A stretch of 64,000 bases of DNA from Podarcis filfolensis (lineage: Eukaryota). The stretch's first letter is position 1. Each line of letters opens with the position of its first letter. The DNA lies in the NCBI GenBank assembly GCA_964270895.1, contig OZ185444.1; one strand, 5' to 3'. This document shows positions 26,626 through 37,855 of the stretch, piece after piece. A program made the position numbers and the translations under genes. The notes below the pieces were generated by a model, which had not been told where the DNA came from, searched no databases, and worked only from the letters and a program-made list of their open reading frames with translations.

Positions 26626-26905
26626 CACAGAAGCATAGAATAGTAGAATTGCTGGGAGGTGCCCCAAGGGTCATCTAGTCCAACCCTCTGTAATGCAGGA
26701 ATATCAACTAAAGCATCCATGACAGATAGTCATCCAACCTCTGCTTCAAAACCTCCAAGAAAGGACAGTCCACCACCTCCCAAGGGAGACTGTTCCACAG
26801 TCGAACAGTTCTTACTGTCAGAAAGTCCTTCCTAGTGTTTAGTCAGAATCTCCTTTCTTGTAATTTGAAGCCATTGGTTGGAGTCCTCCCCTCTAGAGCA
26901 GGAGA
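26626..26905 (-). mobile_element. CR1 LINE 3' end
   Basis: CATAGAAT...GGTCATCTAGTCCAACC...CTGTTCCACAGTCGAACAGTTCTTACTGTCAGAAAG...; reverse complement of the CR1 ORF2 end and 3' UTR. Confidence 0.8.
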
Positions 26906-28221
26906 TATTGTTGTATTGCACGCAGAGTATGTGGGTGTATGTTGGCTTCTGCATGTGTTGATTTCTCTGACATTTACAAGCTACCTGTCTTCAGTTGTGG
27001 AACCCAAGGCAACATACATGGGATTCCCAGGCAATTACCCATCCAGATTCAGACCTATTGCTTAACTTGGTACCCATGAATTTGCTCCTAAACTGCAGAG
27101 CACACAGATTTCCAGCAAAGTGTAACAGTGGACTCTTTCTCTTTTTTTAATGTGAGAAACAGGCAAGAGTGATTGCCTCATCCTACAATTCTATCACTTT
27201 CTGATACATTGACAACCAGTTTGTGTTGCTATGGGCCCTTTTTGTTGACAGAGATCATTAGTGGAGAGGGCGGGGCGGGGGGGAGAAGCTTTTGCTGAGT
27301 CAATTGTACCATTTGAAAATAGAAACCAACTTGACTGTGTTCGTAGAATACCATTCTGTGCACAAAACCCAGCCTGTACAATGGCGCAATTGAATCCTCT
27401 TGAATGGTTGCTTGCTTAATTTATTTTTCATCACCGAAAATGAGTACATCACATGGTTTTTGAGCATGTGAATACAAAATCACACAATGCACAATTTGAC
27501 ATTGGGATAAATGGTACCAATCAGCTGAGCTTGCAACAGCATTTGGTGAAGACGTTGGGCCAGCGGGTGTTTAAATCACATTCACTGCTGTGGTATCAGA
27601 GCAAGAAAATTAGAGGTTCAAAATACGTGTTTTGTTGTTCATAGTCTTTTCAACTGAAGAGAACAGATTCACTTTATCGCAAACTGAGGGGCAGAAAACA
27701 AACAACAACCAGGAGAGGGTTAAAATAAAGAACAATGTTGCATATTTAGGCTGTATTCAGACATGGGGTTTATTGGCTTAGTTTTACACCCTCGTGCATT
27801 CAGGAACAAAACTGAACTGAGCTCACAGACCTTCCACACAAAAACCCATTCCTGTTCTGCCCACCAGCTTTCTTCGTTCCAGCAGCACAATGGGGAATGT
27901 TATTTTGTTTTTAAACACTTGGACAGAAAATCCTTGCTGACCTACTTTAAATCACCTGCAGATCTGCCAGTAGATCCTGATCTACCTTCTGCTTACCCCC
28001 AATGCAGAAGACAAGGACAGTGGGTGTGGGAAGCACGTGATGCATGAAAGCTTGGCCACATACTCTCAGGGCAGGAAACCTGAGGCCACTGACCCCGTGT
28101 TCCCTCAAAGGGCAGGTGCAGGGCTAGGAGAGAACAAGCAGACCCACTGACCGCTTCTTCCCTAGAAATGCTATTTTTATTCTCCCCCCACCGCAATGAA
28201 CTCCCTATCTGGAAGTAAGTT

Positions 28222-28390
28222 CACTGACACAGCAAGCATTTAAACTAAAGCACATGATGCCTCCCAAAGAATGCTGGGCACTGTAGTTTGCCCCTTGCAG
28301 CTACAATTCCCAGCGCCCTTAACAAACTACACTTCCCAGTATCCTTTGGGGGTTGTCATATGCTTTAAATTCATGGTATGCATGCAGACT
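28222..28390. mobile_element. Palindromic MITE (possibly PIF/Harbinger-like)
   Basis: Arms AAAGCACATGA..CCCAAAGAATGCTGGGCACTGTAGTTTG and CAAACTACACTTCCCAGTATCCTTTGGGG..TCATATGCTTT are inverted copies. Confidence 0.55.
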
Positions 28391-30307
28391 AAGTCTGGCT
28401 GAGGGACAAGGGGCACTGATCCCTTCTCTCTCCCACCTGCTCATTTTTTCTACAAACACAAGCATACATTTCCCAAAGCCACGTGGAGTTCCGTCTTTCA
28501 GTAGCGCCACACAACAGAAGACTATTAAAAGCGGTAGCTTGCAATCCAGTGCCAAGCTAAGTATGAGTGATATTAAGTTGTGAATGCTTGCTGGTTGGAT
28601 GAACACGCAAGAGAGTGATGTAAGTAGGTGGCACAAAGCTGTAAAATCAGTGTGGTTCATACAGCATAATGTCCCGGAAGCAAGCTCCAGACAGTGACTG
28701 ATAATGGGCAGAGCGTTTCTCAAGGCAGACCAGGTGGATTAAGGTAGCAGCACTGGAGAAGCAAAGGTTATTATATCTTGATCTGATGACTCAATTTGTA
28801 ATAACAAGATGCACAACTTGATGAAAATGTCGCCCTGTTAAACAGTTGCTGTTGAATGTGAATGCTTGATTGACTTGCCCCATATGTGCCCACACAAATG
28901 CTTCCGTCTGCAAAAATGGCATATCTACAAATTTCTGGCCCTTGCAAGGAATGGAGCCTTCGCTGTGGCAGCACCGAGTCTGGAATCCCCTGCCCATTCA
29001 TATCAGGCAGACACCAATATTGTTTCTGGCACCTGCTAATAACTTTTTGCCTTTGGGCAAAACTAGACAAATAAATTTAATGTGTGATCTTATTATATCT
29101 ATTTATTTTTAAAACTACTGGTTTTATTGCATTTTGACAAATTTTATGTCAGCTTGTTTTTAACGTTTTATTTGCCTGGTGTTTCTTTGCCGATTAAGCA
29201 GCACATAAATCCAGTTGAATAAAAATCCATCAATAAATGCTGAATGTAAAGCAATGGCAAACTGTGTTTGGACGTAATACTGGCTGTTAACTATGGCTAG
29301 GAAAATTAGTTTAGATACAAGCTGCATAGCAGGAGGTCACACAGCCCAAGGACTCCCACTCTGCTCCTTTCTTCCTCCGAGTGGGGAAACAAACGATGGA
29401 GTGACTGTGTTAGTACAAAATAGTGTTCATATATGGGAGAAACAAACCATACTTGGCTTCCCAATCATGGGCTGTTTGGGAGAAACAAACTGTAAGTGCT
29501 GCTTTGGATGCAACCCTAAGCCAGCAACTCCACGGTGTGTTTCTCTGCTGGGAGAAAGGGAGACATGAAGCAGGTAGGCTTGGACTGCATGGCCTCGCAT
29601 GAGCTCATGCACAGATTAACTTGCCTAACAATAGCTAATGGTCAGTGTTACATCTGAATGCAGCCAGTGTGTCTTTCTGTGTAATGATATGAAACTAATA
29701 TTGCATGCCCGCCAAGCGCCCCGATTTAAGAGAGACATCACAGATTGACAGAAGCCGCCCCAGATTCTGATCCCAACCCCAGATATCGCATTGTGGCTTG
29801 CGTGCTCAGAGCACAAGACCGTAAGATGGGCATTTTTTGGTTCCTCACTGTGGCACAAGTCAGTTGGCTCACACCAGAGCACGGGACCAAAAAACAGAAG
29901 GAAACCACTGTGTGTCGCCAATCTTCTTGCTCCTTCAATCTGTGGCACCGGAGGAGGAGGAGGAGGAAGTGGAGGCTGTGCAGGGCTCTGTGTAGCATCT
30001 TTATGCTAGGGAAGTGGCTGTGGAGGTGGAAAAATAGATCTGACCCACATGTCAGAATCAGCTGGGTGCCTAGTGTCAAAATATGGGGCTTTGCACACCC
30101 TCCAGCAGGAGAGAGCCCCCCAGCAGTGTTAGAAACACTCTCAGAGTCAACTAGCAGCATAGCATGGAATATAGGTCGTTAAACCCTTTTGCATATCCCA
30201 TTTAATCTGCCTTAAAGCTCTTCCTTCCGCTTTTCTCCTCCTCTGGCAATGGACAGACCACACATTGTTAAGTATGTTTAAAATGCTTTACTTACTAAAT
30301 CCAAAAG

Positions 30308-30514
30308 TCATAGAATCATAGAATCATAGAGTTGGAAGAGACCACAAGGGCCGTCGAGTCCAACCCCCTGCCAAGCAGGAAACACCATCAGAGCACTCCT
30401 GACATATGGTTGTCAAGCCTCTGCTTAAAGACCTCCAAAGAAGGAGACTCCACCACACTCCTTGGCAGCAAATTCCACTGTCGAACAGCTCTTACTGTCA
30501 GCTCTTACTGTCAG
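30308..30514 (-). mobile_element. CR1 LINE, 5'-truncated 3' end (young subfamily)
   Basis: (TCATAGAA)n tail followed by a near-exact reverse complement of 9949-10124; 13-bp tandem duplication CTCTTACTGTCAG at its 5' junction (30489-30514). Confidence 0.9.
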
Positions 30515-32644
30515 TCTGGTTCATGTGTTATTCCTGTGTAGTAATCTACACAGGTAGATTACTATTGGGTGCAAAATACAACATATTATTTCAAAACTGC
30601 AGTCTGAACCAAGTTCAGACATGTCCACCCCAGTGGATTACTTGGTGAGAAGAGAAGGAGAGAAAGGAAGAGAAACAGCACCACTTCCTCCCTCAGAGGA
30701 GGAACAGCCTAGGAACAGAATTCTCTGGTCTTAACCCATTTTGCAACATTAGATCTCTGCTGGGGTTCTCTCACCAAGAGTTCTTGCACAAAACTTGGTT
30801 CTTGGCTTCCAGGAGTCCAACAGAAAAAACAAGTCTGCATTGATTCTAGAATAAAATGTAATGTGTACACAGCCTTTGCTATACTTACTGATGTGGAATA
30901 ATTTGTAATAAAACTATACTAGCCATTTTCTGTGACTACAATTCCATGTGAAAGGAGGGGGGTGCATAGTTGAAAGAATGGAGAGAGTCTGGAACTAAAC
31001 ACCAGTTGTTTTCCTTGTCCCCCACTTCCAGCACCTCCTTCAAACAAGACCTTTAAGGCTACCTGGATAACTCCTGAGGGTAGACACAAGGGAAATCACT
31101 ACTCCTTTTGGTACAAATAAAATAAGGCGAGTGGGCAGAAACTTAAATCTGCTTATTAAGTGCTGAGTAATTATTCATAATTTGAAAAATGGTATAAAAC
31201 CTATTGTTTCTGAGGTTCCATAATGAGTGGATTTTTTTATAGTGGGAGCATCATTTTGTGACAATGTTCAATTCCAAATTTATAAGGCATGAAAAGCCAA
31301 GAGCTTTTTCATGCAGAACATTAAAATGTTCTTTTACATTTTGCATAATTTTATCTACCTGATAGATATTAGTTACTCTACAAACCTCTGGCAGTTCATT
31401 CAGTACAGCATCGTTTACATGTGAAAATGATAAGTGGGGTGTGGGAAAAGCAGAACTTTAAATGATGCTTCAAGTGATTTAAAACTGTTACATTTACAGT
31501 CTATATGCAAAAGGTCTTTGACCAAAATCCACAGAATCGTACAATTAGTTCTGTGTGGCTAAGGGAGCTTTTAGACCAAGAACACGCCCCACCCACGCCA
31601 AATCTGAGACCACCTAGAAGCTAAAAGGGGCTTTCAAAAGTCGTTTGTAAGAAGACGTAAGGAGAGAGGGGTTTAATTTTCAGAGGGAATAAGACTTTTT
31701 AAAAAAATCCAACTAATGCATCCCTTTTGGGTGTATCCCAAGTTGTGGTTAACTTCCTGTTAATTCACAGACTCCATTCAAAGTATTGGGTTTTTTTACT
31801 TTTAAGCATCAACATAATGCCTGTTTTCATATTGTTACATTCTCTATTTTCCATCCAGGCAAGCAATATGCCTTATCAGAGTTGAAGAGCACATTCCAAC
31901 CAGGCAGAAACACTCAGGGAGAGCACATAACAAGGCTAGTGAGGGGATGTGTATTGCTAAAAGAGGTTTGGAAAAGAAATCTTACTCTCTCTTGGCGAAG
32001 TTAGCGCCATCACGATTGCTCCAAGCACATTAAAACTTGGTTAGATTTACATCTACCCTCACCCACCTTTAAATGTTCTCCACAAAAAGGCTTAGGTTAG
32101 AATAAATCACAGATACTTAGCTTTGCAAATAAGTGAAGCTTTTACTCACAGAGTTTTAGAAGTTACAGCAAACATCTGTTGGTAGTAAAATGAAGAAGGA
32201 AAAAGGTTCCAACTAACTTAAAAGGAAAAGAATTTGGCTTCCTTACAAAAGAATAATGCAGCCTTGTGTTAGCAAAATCTGTGTAACAAAAAAGATGGCT
32301 GGCCAAGCAGGCTAGCATTCATAACACTGTACAGTCCAAGCCTCTATCTATATATTTAGCTTTGTAGGACAGCATGTGCACCATTAGCTGGCTGTTCTAT
32401 GTCATTTATGTTGTCCTCTGGTTTGTTTTCTTTAACTCTAATGTAATAGATTTTACTCATATTACATTATCTGTTTTTCTCATTGCAAGTCACTATGACA
32501 GTTCTATTTATGGACAAGTTTGTCTAGAATATACATTTTCAAATAAATGAAGTAATACTTTAAACATCAGCTTTTTAAAAAGTTGTTTGAACTCTCTCAA
32601 TGAAATGTTATAAACCTAAAAATGGTAGTCATAAATCTAGACTC

Positions 32645-33967
32645 ACAGGCAAAAGGAAGACTAGAGAATATTATGGGAATTGAAACAGAAATTATAAAAA
32701 AATAATAATTTGGGGATATGGATATCAGCTAAGAACTTAAACCTTTTCCAGGATAACTATGTTAAAATCTGGAATGAAATCAAAAAAGATTTGGAAAAAT
32801 TGAGTGGAATGAACCTTTCTTTGTTAGGAAGAATATCCACAGTTAAAATGAATGTGTTGCCTAAAATGTTCTTATTTCAAACACTGGCGGTGATAAATAG
32901 CCCAAACTGTTTCAAACAATGAAAAAAAGACATGACAAATTTCATCTGGCAGAGGAAAAACTCCAAATTAATTATAAAAATCTAACCGACGTAAGAGAGT
33001 TTTGCCCTTCCAGACCTCAGACTTTATTATGAGGCAGTGTGCCTCTGCTGGATGAAAGAATGGATGAAGCCAAGGGATACCAACATTTTAAACTGAGAAG
33101 GTTTTGACCTACGCTTTGGATGGCATGCATATCTGCAAATCAAATCCAGGGTGACAAATCCAGGGTGCACAAAGGTTTCCAAAACCATGTCATAAGAAGT
33201 ATATACAGAGTTTGGCAGAGACACAAAGATCTTTTAGAGAGCAAAACCCCAAAATGTATCACCAACGGAGGCAGTCTCAGTGAAAAGGTTGAACATGGTC
33301 AAGAAGTGGACCACTTTTAAAGACCTTATAGAATTTAAAGAAGGAGTTCACCTGAAAAAAGAGAAGAGATTTTGGATACTATAGACTGGTTTCAGTATTT
33401 TCAAGTGAACAAGTTATTTAAAAGAGATAAGGAAAGGGGATCTGTGGAAATGAGTTCAGAATTTGAAAAAATTGCAGTAGGAAAGGATGACGAATTAATC
33501 TCGAAAATTTATAAACTGTTACTGGAGTGAGAGACCAAAGATGAGATGGTAAAGGCAACTATGACAAAATGGGCTATAGATATTGGTTACAACATAGAAT
33601 TGTCTGCATGGGAAAAACTATGAGGGGAAAAACATGAATTTCTCTGCCTGCTATCTTATTAAGGAAAACTTACAAAAGATGATATACCGGTAGTACTTGA
33701 CACCCAGCAAATTAGTGAAAATGTACAAAAAAGGGGCTCATTTATGCTGGAAGTGCCATGAGGTAGAGGGAACTCTTAATTCATATGTGGTGGTTGTGTA
33801 AGTACGCTAGAGAGTTTGGGGAAATGATTCATACAGAATTAAAAAAGATTCTAAAACTCACATTTCCCAAAAGACCAGAGGCCTTTTTATTAGGGATAAT
33901 AGATAATGACATTCCAAAAAAAAAGCACTCAATATCTTTTTGTATGCGACCACTGCAGCTAGAATAG
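32645..33967 (+). mobile_element. Old L1 (LINE-1) ORF2 C-terminal half, decayed, left part
   Basis: Residual frames ...GIWIS...NLSLLGRISTVKMNVLPKM(L)FLFQ... (post-RT L1 motif), FALPDLRLYY, and the Cys-rich CWKC...GT...MWWLC domain; many stops and frameshifts; interrupted at ...ATTAARIV. Confidence 0.85.
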
Positions 33968-34839
33968 TACAGTGGTACCTTGGTTCCCAAACAGCTTAGC
34001 TGTTGAACAAATCGGCTCCCAAACGCTGCAAAGCTGGAAGTAAGTGTTCTGGACTTCTGGGTTGGCGCCTCCGGTAATGGCGGAGCTCCTCCGATCGGGA
34101 GGAACTTGCTCCGTGAAAAGCAGGGTCTAACCGCCACGGCGAAGGCGGAGACCCATAGAAATCACAGGCGGGAGAAGCCTGTGAACTTGAGATTCGGCTG
34201 GCACCTTTTGCGCCTTCCCTACTCGCGGGGAAACCCTGTTTTGGGGATCCGGAGCGACGTGGGGTGAGTGGCGCAGTGCTTTGAATCGACTGCTTCTTTC
34301 ACGGAGTGAAGCCGCATTGCTGCTGCCAGAGAGCGCTGACTTTTTCCTGTGGACAATTGGACCTTAAACAACTACCCGTGAGTAGATTGGAAAATTTGGA
34401 TCTTCAAATATTTTAATTTGGCAACAAAGCGGGAAGGCTCTAAACAGGAAGTCCGCCTTCCGCTTTTGTAAACAGACTGAAGCAAAGACGTTACAAACTA
34501 AAGTCTCTGAAAGTTTTTGATAAAGGATTAAAATTCCATCGGTTAAAAATACAAAACCCCCTTGGAAGCAGGAGAAGAGGGGGGAAGTCGTGAACCTAGT
34601 GGGAACCTGCAGGAGAGAGTGAAAAGCAAACTACCACTGCTCTGAACCTGGGAATGGTCTGCCTGATGACGTTTGGGGAAGGTTCATTGACAGAACGGAT
34701 CTGACAGTTACTTAAAATTGGAAAGATACTGTTTCCACTGATCTCGTCTGAGTTTATCAAAGGGAGGAAAAAAATAACTGAAAATCGAAACTGTTTTTGT
34801 GCTTGAAAGAATTGATACAAGTTGAGACTGTTTCCCTCT

Positions 34840-35928
34840 GGTGGCCACCAGGGGGCGCATTGGAAGATGGCCGACAATAACATCTCTCTGACCCACACGA
34901 GGTAATTTAGGGGCTGCTATGGGAAGTATGCAGCCTTCCCTCCCCACCAGGGTGTGGTGGGGTGCTGCCTGGCCAGCGGTGTTCACAAGGCACCCCCTGA
35001 TCCAAGAGATGGGGGTGCTGAACACTTGGCACGAGCCCTCGGTGAAGTCAGCTCTTCCTGACGCCGATTCCGATTAGCGCGTGCTGGTTGCTTCAGCCCG
35101 GAATTATAATTGGAAACAGATGAATTGGAATTGAGGCTGAAGCACATATATCAAGTAAAGCTCGACGATAAGGCTGCTGAATAATGGATCTCTGCGACCG
35201 AGAGCGACGGACGGATAAGTAAATCTTTTGATGTGTCGTCACCAAGAGACTGTACGTTTGGAACAAAGGGGGGGTGGAGGAAAAACTTTTTCTTTTCCCT
35301 ATATGATGTGACAAAAATAACCCTCCACCCCAGAAAGAAAGAAATAAGATCGTTGCGTCTTTTAAGATTCATAAGCAGAAGTTTAAGAACTGTGTGGGAG
35401 ATGGAAAATAATTGGTGAACGCTGAGGAATTTTTATGACACAGTTAAAAAATGGCGTCTCGCCAAGACAGGCTGCTGGAGAAAAAAAGAGATGGGGGAGG
35501 AGATTCAGGAATGTTGGAGAAGAGAAGGAGTATGGAACTGAAAGCTTGACCTGACAGAGCCCCCTGATCTATTTGATTTATTTGGCTAGCCTGGAAAATA
35601 AAAGGACAATGAAGAACCCACACAGAGAAGCCAGCTTTTAGTCTGCTTGTGAGAATCATCAGAGATCGCAAAGAAAGGAACGTATGATAACAAACAAGAT
35701 GAAGAAAATACAAAGGACTATCTGGATTGAACTGGATAGAACTGATTAATTAATGCAGCAAAATAAGTGATGTCTGGACTTATCCGGAACTTTGGACTCG
35801 TGCGGAGCTTGATATATGGGTACACCCAAAAAATTTAAAATTTGGCTGTATAATTTGGAACCAATGTGATTTGAATAATGTGATGTGATTGGCCTGTTAA
35901 TAAAAATTATTAAAAAAAGAGAGAGAGA
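34840..35928 (+). mobile_element. 1.1-kb non-autonomous L1-like element nested in the previous element
   Basis: Perfect 16-bp TSD GAGACTGTTTCCCTCT (34824-34839 and 35929-35944); 5' GGGGGCGCATTGGAAGATGGCCGA; CpG-rich leader; AATAAA, A-run and (GA)n tail; no long ORF. Confidence 0.85.
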
Positions 35929-36043
35929 GAGACTGTTTCCCTCTAGAGGGAGTATGTGAAACTGTTACAGGAGTGTAACAGGGTAAGCTCCAGCTGCAAG
36001 ATAAAGTTTCTGAGAATCAGAGATTGACCTTGGACTATTCAAA

Positions 36044-36706
36044 ATGCTGATAGGAGAAGGTATTGTGACTGTATTATATAAGATAAACCATTCACTTGAA
36101 CAGCTGCATAAAAAGGCAGATGACATGATTTCCAAAATTGACAGCCGGGAACAGAAAGTGACCAATTTGAATCAAAAAGCAAGCAACAATACAGAAATAA
36201 TTCAGGACTTGGAACAGGAATATACCTTGGTAGGACAAATGGTGGAGGAAAAGGAGAAAGATGCCGTTGCGAAACCTAAGGTAGTTCAAGCAGGATCCTC
36301 AGTTCTACAGAAGCAAATTGAGGATTATAAATTGAGGCCTTGCATGATTGATTCCAGCAAAAGCCAGATTTTGAGGATTGGACCCTGGCTTGGACTGAAG
36401 AACGAAAGTTGGAAAGATCCCTTTATTCAGGGACCAACTGACTTTTGGGACATGGGTTTGGGCCTGGAGGAGCTTGAAGCTTTGGGGGCCTATGGATTTG
36501 GAGGAATCCTGAAATACGTCCTGAAATACCATATGGACCTTAGTTTCAATTATGGAAACTTGGCTGAGCTGTTCAGAAGGAAGAAAAGTTTTGTTTGGTT
36601 GGAGTTTTCCCGAGATTTGCAGCTGAGCATTAAAGAATATGAAGAAGATCTGCAGAAGGGACTTGGAAAAGAATTAAGAGCCTCGGATATAAGATCTCCA
36701 GGTTGA
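36044..36706 (+). CDS. TE-encoded 220-aa ORF, putative L1 ORF1p-like protein with a predicted N-terminal coiled coil
   Basis: Open frame at the ORF1 position of the 34053-37282 element; heptad-like stretch LYKINHSLEQLHKKADDMISKIDSREQKVTNLNQKASNNTEIIQDLEQEY. Homology of the C-terminal half to ORF1p was not verified. Confidence 0.5.
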   Translation: MLIGEGIVTVLYKINHSLEQLHKKADDMISKIDSREQKVTNLNQKASNNTEIIQDLEQEYTLVGQMVEEKEKDAVAKPKVVQAGSSVLQKQIEDYKLRPCMIDSSKSQILRIGPWLGLKNESWKDPFIQGPTDFWDMGLGLEELEALGAYGFGGILKYVLKYHMDLSFNYGNLAELFRRKKSFVWLEFSRDLQLSIKEYEEDLQKGLGKELRASDIRSPG

Positions 36707-37460
36707 TGGACTATATGGATCTGACGGAAAGGACTGGCAGAATCTGAAACCAGGGAGAAGAGACGGTGGAAGAAGATTGGGAAGTTAAAGTTTATATTTA
36801 GAAATTTTGTAAAATTAATGACTGTTAGAAAAACCGTGGAATTATATCATATGGATTTAGTAGAAATGTTAGAAGAAGTTAAGTATAGATAAGTAATTTA
36901 GTCTTAAAGGGAAATAAGGTTAAAAAAATATGTTATTTACAAGATGATAAAAAACAGAGAAAGATGGAAAGGATTTGCTGAAACAATTAGAAGAACTGGA
37001 ATACAAAAAGGGAGGTGTGAGGAAGTCGAGGAACAAGGAAATGAAGGATAGAATATGGAAAAGGAGAGATGTATTTTAAACTGTTTTTGTTTTAATTTAT
37101 GTGTTTAATCTAATGGGTTTGGGTTGGGTTTTATAATATTTGTATACTGTATTGTATTGTGGTGTTTCTTACTTTTTTTTTTGTTTTTTTTCCTTTCTCT
37201 TTCTTTCTTGTCTTTATTTTTCTTTTTTCTTCTTTTTCTGTAACTTTCAAAAGTAATAAATATTTTTTTTTTTTTTAAAAAAGGAAGTTAGTGTTCTGGT
37301 TTGCGAACTTTTTTTGGAAGCCAAACATCCGACGCAGCTTCCACCTGAGTGCAGAAAGCTCCTGCAGCCAATTGGAAGTCACACCTTGGTTTTCAAATGG
37401 TTTTGGGAGTCAAGCAGACTCCCGGAACAGATTAAGTTCAAGAACCAAGGTACCACCGTA

Positions 37461-37855
37461 TATTTAAAAATGGAAAGAAGAGGTACCCACGAAGATTTGG
37501 CAGAACAAATTGATAGAATTCATAGATCTAGCAACCATGGCCATGAAGCTAAGGAATAAGGATGAGTTAAAGAGAAGAGAAGAGTGGAGGTGTTTTGGAA
37601 ATTGTTTTAGAGGGTACAATATACAATTTAATCTAAAAGTAGGAGTTACCATATGAAGAGCAGATAACATCAAAAAGGAAGACTTGACATGATAATGGTG
37701 AAATATCAGGATATGCAGCAGATCAAGATTTCCCTAGAATGCCACAGAAAGATGGATTGGGAAGTCTTTGGAAAAGAGATGAGATGGATACTGTATGATG
37801 TGTGTATAAAAGTCGTTAAAATTGCATAAATAAAAGTTGTTGTTTTTTTAAAAAG
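37461..37855 (+). mobile_element. Old L1 ORF2 C-terminus and 3' UTR, right part (continues 32645-33967)
   Basis: Resumes with ...WKEEVPTKIWQNKLIEFIDLATMAMKLRNK..., the usual L1 ORF2 end, then a 3' UTR with AATAAA at ~37829. Confidence 0.75.

Larger units (their letters stand above)
34053..37282 (+). mobile_element. Internally deleted (non-autonomous, HAL1-like) L1 element, ~2.1 kb without its nested insert
   Basis: 17-bp TSD GGAAGT(A/T)AGTGTTCTGG (34036-34052 and 37283-37299); CpG-rich 5' end (GG)ACTTCTGGGTTGGCGCC..AATGGCGG; 220-aa ORF; last ~30 codons of L1 ORF2 (MDYMDLTERTGRI*NQGEETVEEDW); L1-type 3' UTR, AATAAA at 37255, T/A tail. Confidence 0.8.
33970..37458. mobile_element. Tc1/mariner (Tigger/pogo-like) MITE split by nested insertions (33970-34052 and 37283-37458)
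   Basis: TIRs CAGTGGTACCTTGGTTC / GAACCAAGGTACCACCG; TA at 33968-33969 and 37459-37460; same terminal motif as 16108-16339. Confidence 0.85.

Noticed and set aside
29738-30182. Overlapping 140-aa and 145-aa ORFs on opposite strands
   Set aside because: No recognisable homology or exon-like splice context.
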